A stretch of DNA of 50,316 nt. It comes from Veleropilina oligotropha (Eukaryota). The position numbers were made by a program, and so were the translations under genes. The stretch is from NCBI GenBank assembly GCA_048128005.1, contig JBEUKZ010000013.1, positions 186,001 to 236,316 of the forward strand, written 5' to 3'. This document shows, one piece after another, positions 48,561 to 50,316 of this stretch; positions within the stretch are counted from its first letter, which is position 1, and every line of letters begins with the position of its first letter. Under the pieces are notes generated by a model, which ran no database searches, had not been told where the DNA came from, and was given only the letters and a program-made list of their open reading frames with translations.

Positions 48561-48642
48561 TGCCGCCGGCTGGCCTCGAACCTGAGCCATCCTGGCTGCC
48601 TCGGTTGAGTGTCCAATTCGCTAACCACTCGCCCACCGATGC
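48561..48642 (-). ncRNA. tRNA-like Pol III unit
   Basis: Minus strand GCATCGGTGGGCGAGTGGTTAGCG..CAGGTTCGAGGCCAGCCGGCGGCA: A-box and B-box with partial acceptor pairing. Confidence 0.4.
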
Positions 48643-48859
48643 AGTTATGTGATTATGATTAGATGAACTATATAAGTGTTATATAGCGATTTTTTCACCA
48701 AACAATTATATATTTACATTGGCCGGTCATTGTTCATGCTGAAGGTTCATAACGCATCTGATCATATTGTCGTCAACTGATTATTTATACATCCTTGATG
48801 TTAATATATATAGTCACATTGTTACTATAAATAGCCTGTTGGGTTTTTCCGTCATTACA

Positions 48860-48955
48860 TGACCGGAAGTTATCGCTGATTGGCTGTTGAAACAGAGAGG
48901 ATGGCTGTGATTGGCTGTTGCCATCGCTCGATAAGAGGCGCTCGCTGATTGGTTA
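48860..48955. promoter_or_regulatory. Putative promoter/enhancer: ETS site plus three CCAAT boxes
   Basis: CCGGAAGT at 48863; TGATTGG with ATTGG at 48879, 48910 and 48948. Confidence 0.4.
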
Positions 48956-49149
48956 ATCTGGTAGCTGCTTTAATTACATTGAATCATATGTTCACATATA
49001 CTATTCATAGTGATTAGTTTTACCGCATGACATTTCTATGTCATCTGCTATGCTCTCTCAGTAGTATATTTCACACAGACATTGTCAATAAAAACAAATC
49101 AATTATTATATTTATTATTTATTAATCACTTTCATTATATTAAATACAT

Positions 49150-50316
49150 TTATTCATTGTCTTCATCCAGCTCCATGCTGTCTCCTTCACCTTCAGAAGA
49201 TTCAGTTTGCCAGTATGTTTCGATTTCAGGTTGTAATTTTGTCACGGCCATATTGATAGAGGCTTTTGAACCATGACCACGTTCTAAGTATTTATCCATT
49301 TTGGCCACCACCTTATTATGTACTTTTCCGTGTCTTAATCTTTTAATGTAGAACAGTATTTCCTTATATTTATTCATGACTTGTACTAAATCCTCAAGAT
49401 ATAACTTGTCGTTGGTTTTTTCCGCGGCCTCTTCGTCGTTCAACCCTTCCTTGACGTATCTTTCATATTTTTCTTCAAAGAGTGCTTTATTTTGATCATG
49501 GCTTAACTTCATGAGTTGATCAAACACTTTTGATTCTTCATCAATCATTTTTGATTCTTTATTGATTATGTCCAAGTCTAATTTTCTTTTTTTAGAATTT
49601 CCATGACACCAATCTTTTACATGCTCTTGTAAGCTTGAACTATGATCAAATAATAAGCCACAATAATTGCAGGAGATCATGTCTTCCGCTTCGCTGCTGC
49701 TATAATAATGATCAATCTCTGCTACATGTTGCTTTATATATGGGTTATATCCGCCTGCTATAACTGGATCATTTGTCTGTGCGAGCCTCGTTTTCGATTT
49801 TTCATTGAAATAATCTCTCTCAAATACATTTGATCGAATTCGATTCATTTCAGACGTATGCACTTTAAAATCCAGCAGTATATAGCCATAGGGTTCTTTC
49901 GTTGCATCTTCAAATTGCTTCATGAGTTTGTCTGGACTTCCAGGATACATTTGTCTTGCCAGAGTCATAACAAGTTGCTTGTCAACAGGACTATTGAATA
50001 ATATCAAGTATTGACAATTTCTTCGCTGTGTGGGGTCTTTAGAGTGATACAAGTTTTGATTAATAGCTATAACTGAGAGATTTCTATGATGACTGCCTTC
50101 TGTGAATAGATCAGTGATGCTTTCATCTTTACTGGTCATGAGGTCATCCAGTACAATAACATTTCTTATTCTTGGATCTAAGAATTCATCATTGGCAAGG
50201 TCTGGTGGAATTCCTTGCATAAATTCAACAGAAATACTAGTTTTGACGACATCGTACAGCGGCTGCCATCTTTTGTATAACCAAATAATTCTTTGGGGTG
50301 CAGGAGAGATACGGGC
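49150..50316 (-). CDS. Polinton/Maverick A32-like (FtsK-HerA) packaging ATPase with a C-terminal extension; 5' end outside the window
   Basis: Frame open to the window end (ISPAPQRIIWLYKRWQPLY); Walker B IVLDDLM, LFTEGSHHRNLSVI..QNLY, NCQYLILF, LARQMYP, PYGYILLD. Confidence 0.9.
   Translation of the reverse strand, partial: ARISPAPQRIIWLYKRWQPLYDVVKTSISVEFMQGIPPDLANDEFLDPRIRNVIVLDDLMTSKDESITDLFTEGSHHRNLSVIAINQNLYHSKDPTQRRNCQYLILFNSPVDKQLVMTLARQMYPGSPDKLMKQFEDATKEPYGYILLDFKVHTSEMNRIRSNVFERDYFNEKSKTRLAQTNDPVIAGGYNPYIKQHVAEIDHYYSSSEAEDMISCNYCGLLFDHSSSLQEHVKDWCHGNSKKRKLDLDIINKESKMIDEESKVFDQLMKLSHDQNKALFEEKYERYVKEGLNDEEAAEKTNDKLYLEDLVQVMNKYKEILFYIKRLRHGKVHNKVVAKMDKYLERGHGSKASINMAVTKLQPEIETYWQTESSEGEGDSMELDEDNE

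Larger units (their letters stand above)
45592..50316. mobile_element. Left end of a Maverick/Polinton element (continues beyond the window)
   Basis: Starts with AGTAGTAG exactly where a SINE is interrupted; repeat-rich terminal region; Polinton ATPase at the window end. Confidence 0.75.

Overview
This is an AT-rich animal (probably marine invertebrate) genomic window. It holds two paralogous 9-finger C2H2 zinc-finger genes (14295-15077, 38254-39102) embedded in layered transposons. These include a Penelope-like retroelement with an inverted pLTR and two minimal hammerhead ribozymes (10.3-12.0 kb), a 3'-truncated DIRS retrotransposon (RT-RNaseH-methyltransferase, ~17.1-22.0 kb), an L2 LINE split by a 4.3 kb TIR element, a decayed hAT transposon (40618-43952), SINEs, Helentron-type elements and MITEs. 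The left end of a Maverick/Polinton starts at 45592, with a telomere-like satellite and a packaging ATPase at the window edge. The most unusual feature is a GC-rich ~7.3 kb virus-like element (~22035-29317). It carries small membrane-protein ORFs and a Polinton-type DDE integrase. Converging on the integrase is one disrupted ~1300-codon gene that joins an HeH-like N-terminus, a putative Cys/His protease module, an apparently exonuclease-less family B polymerase core, an SF1B (RecD/Pif1) helicase and an HNH nuclease. All calls come from reading motifs by eye; no searches were run.
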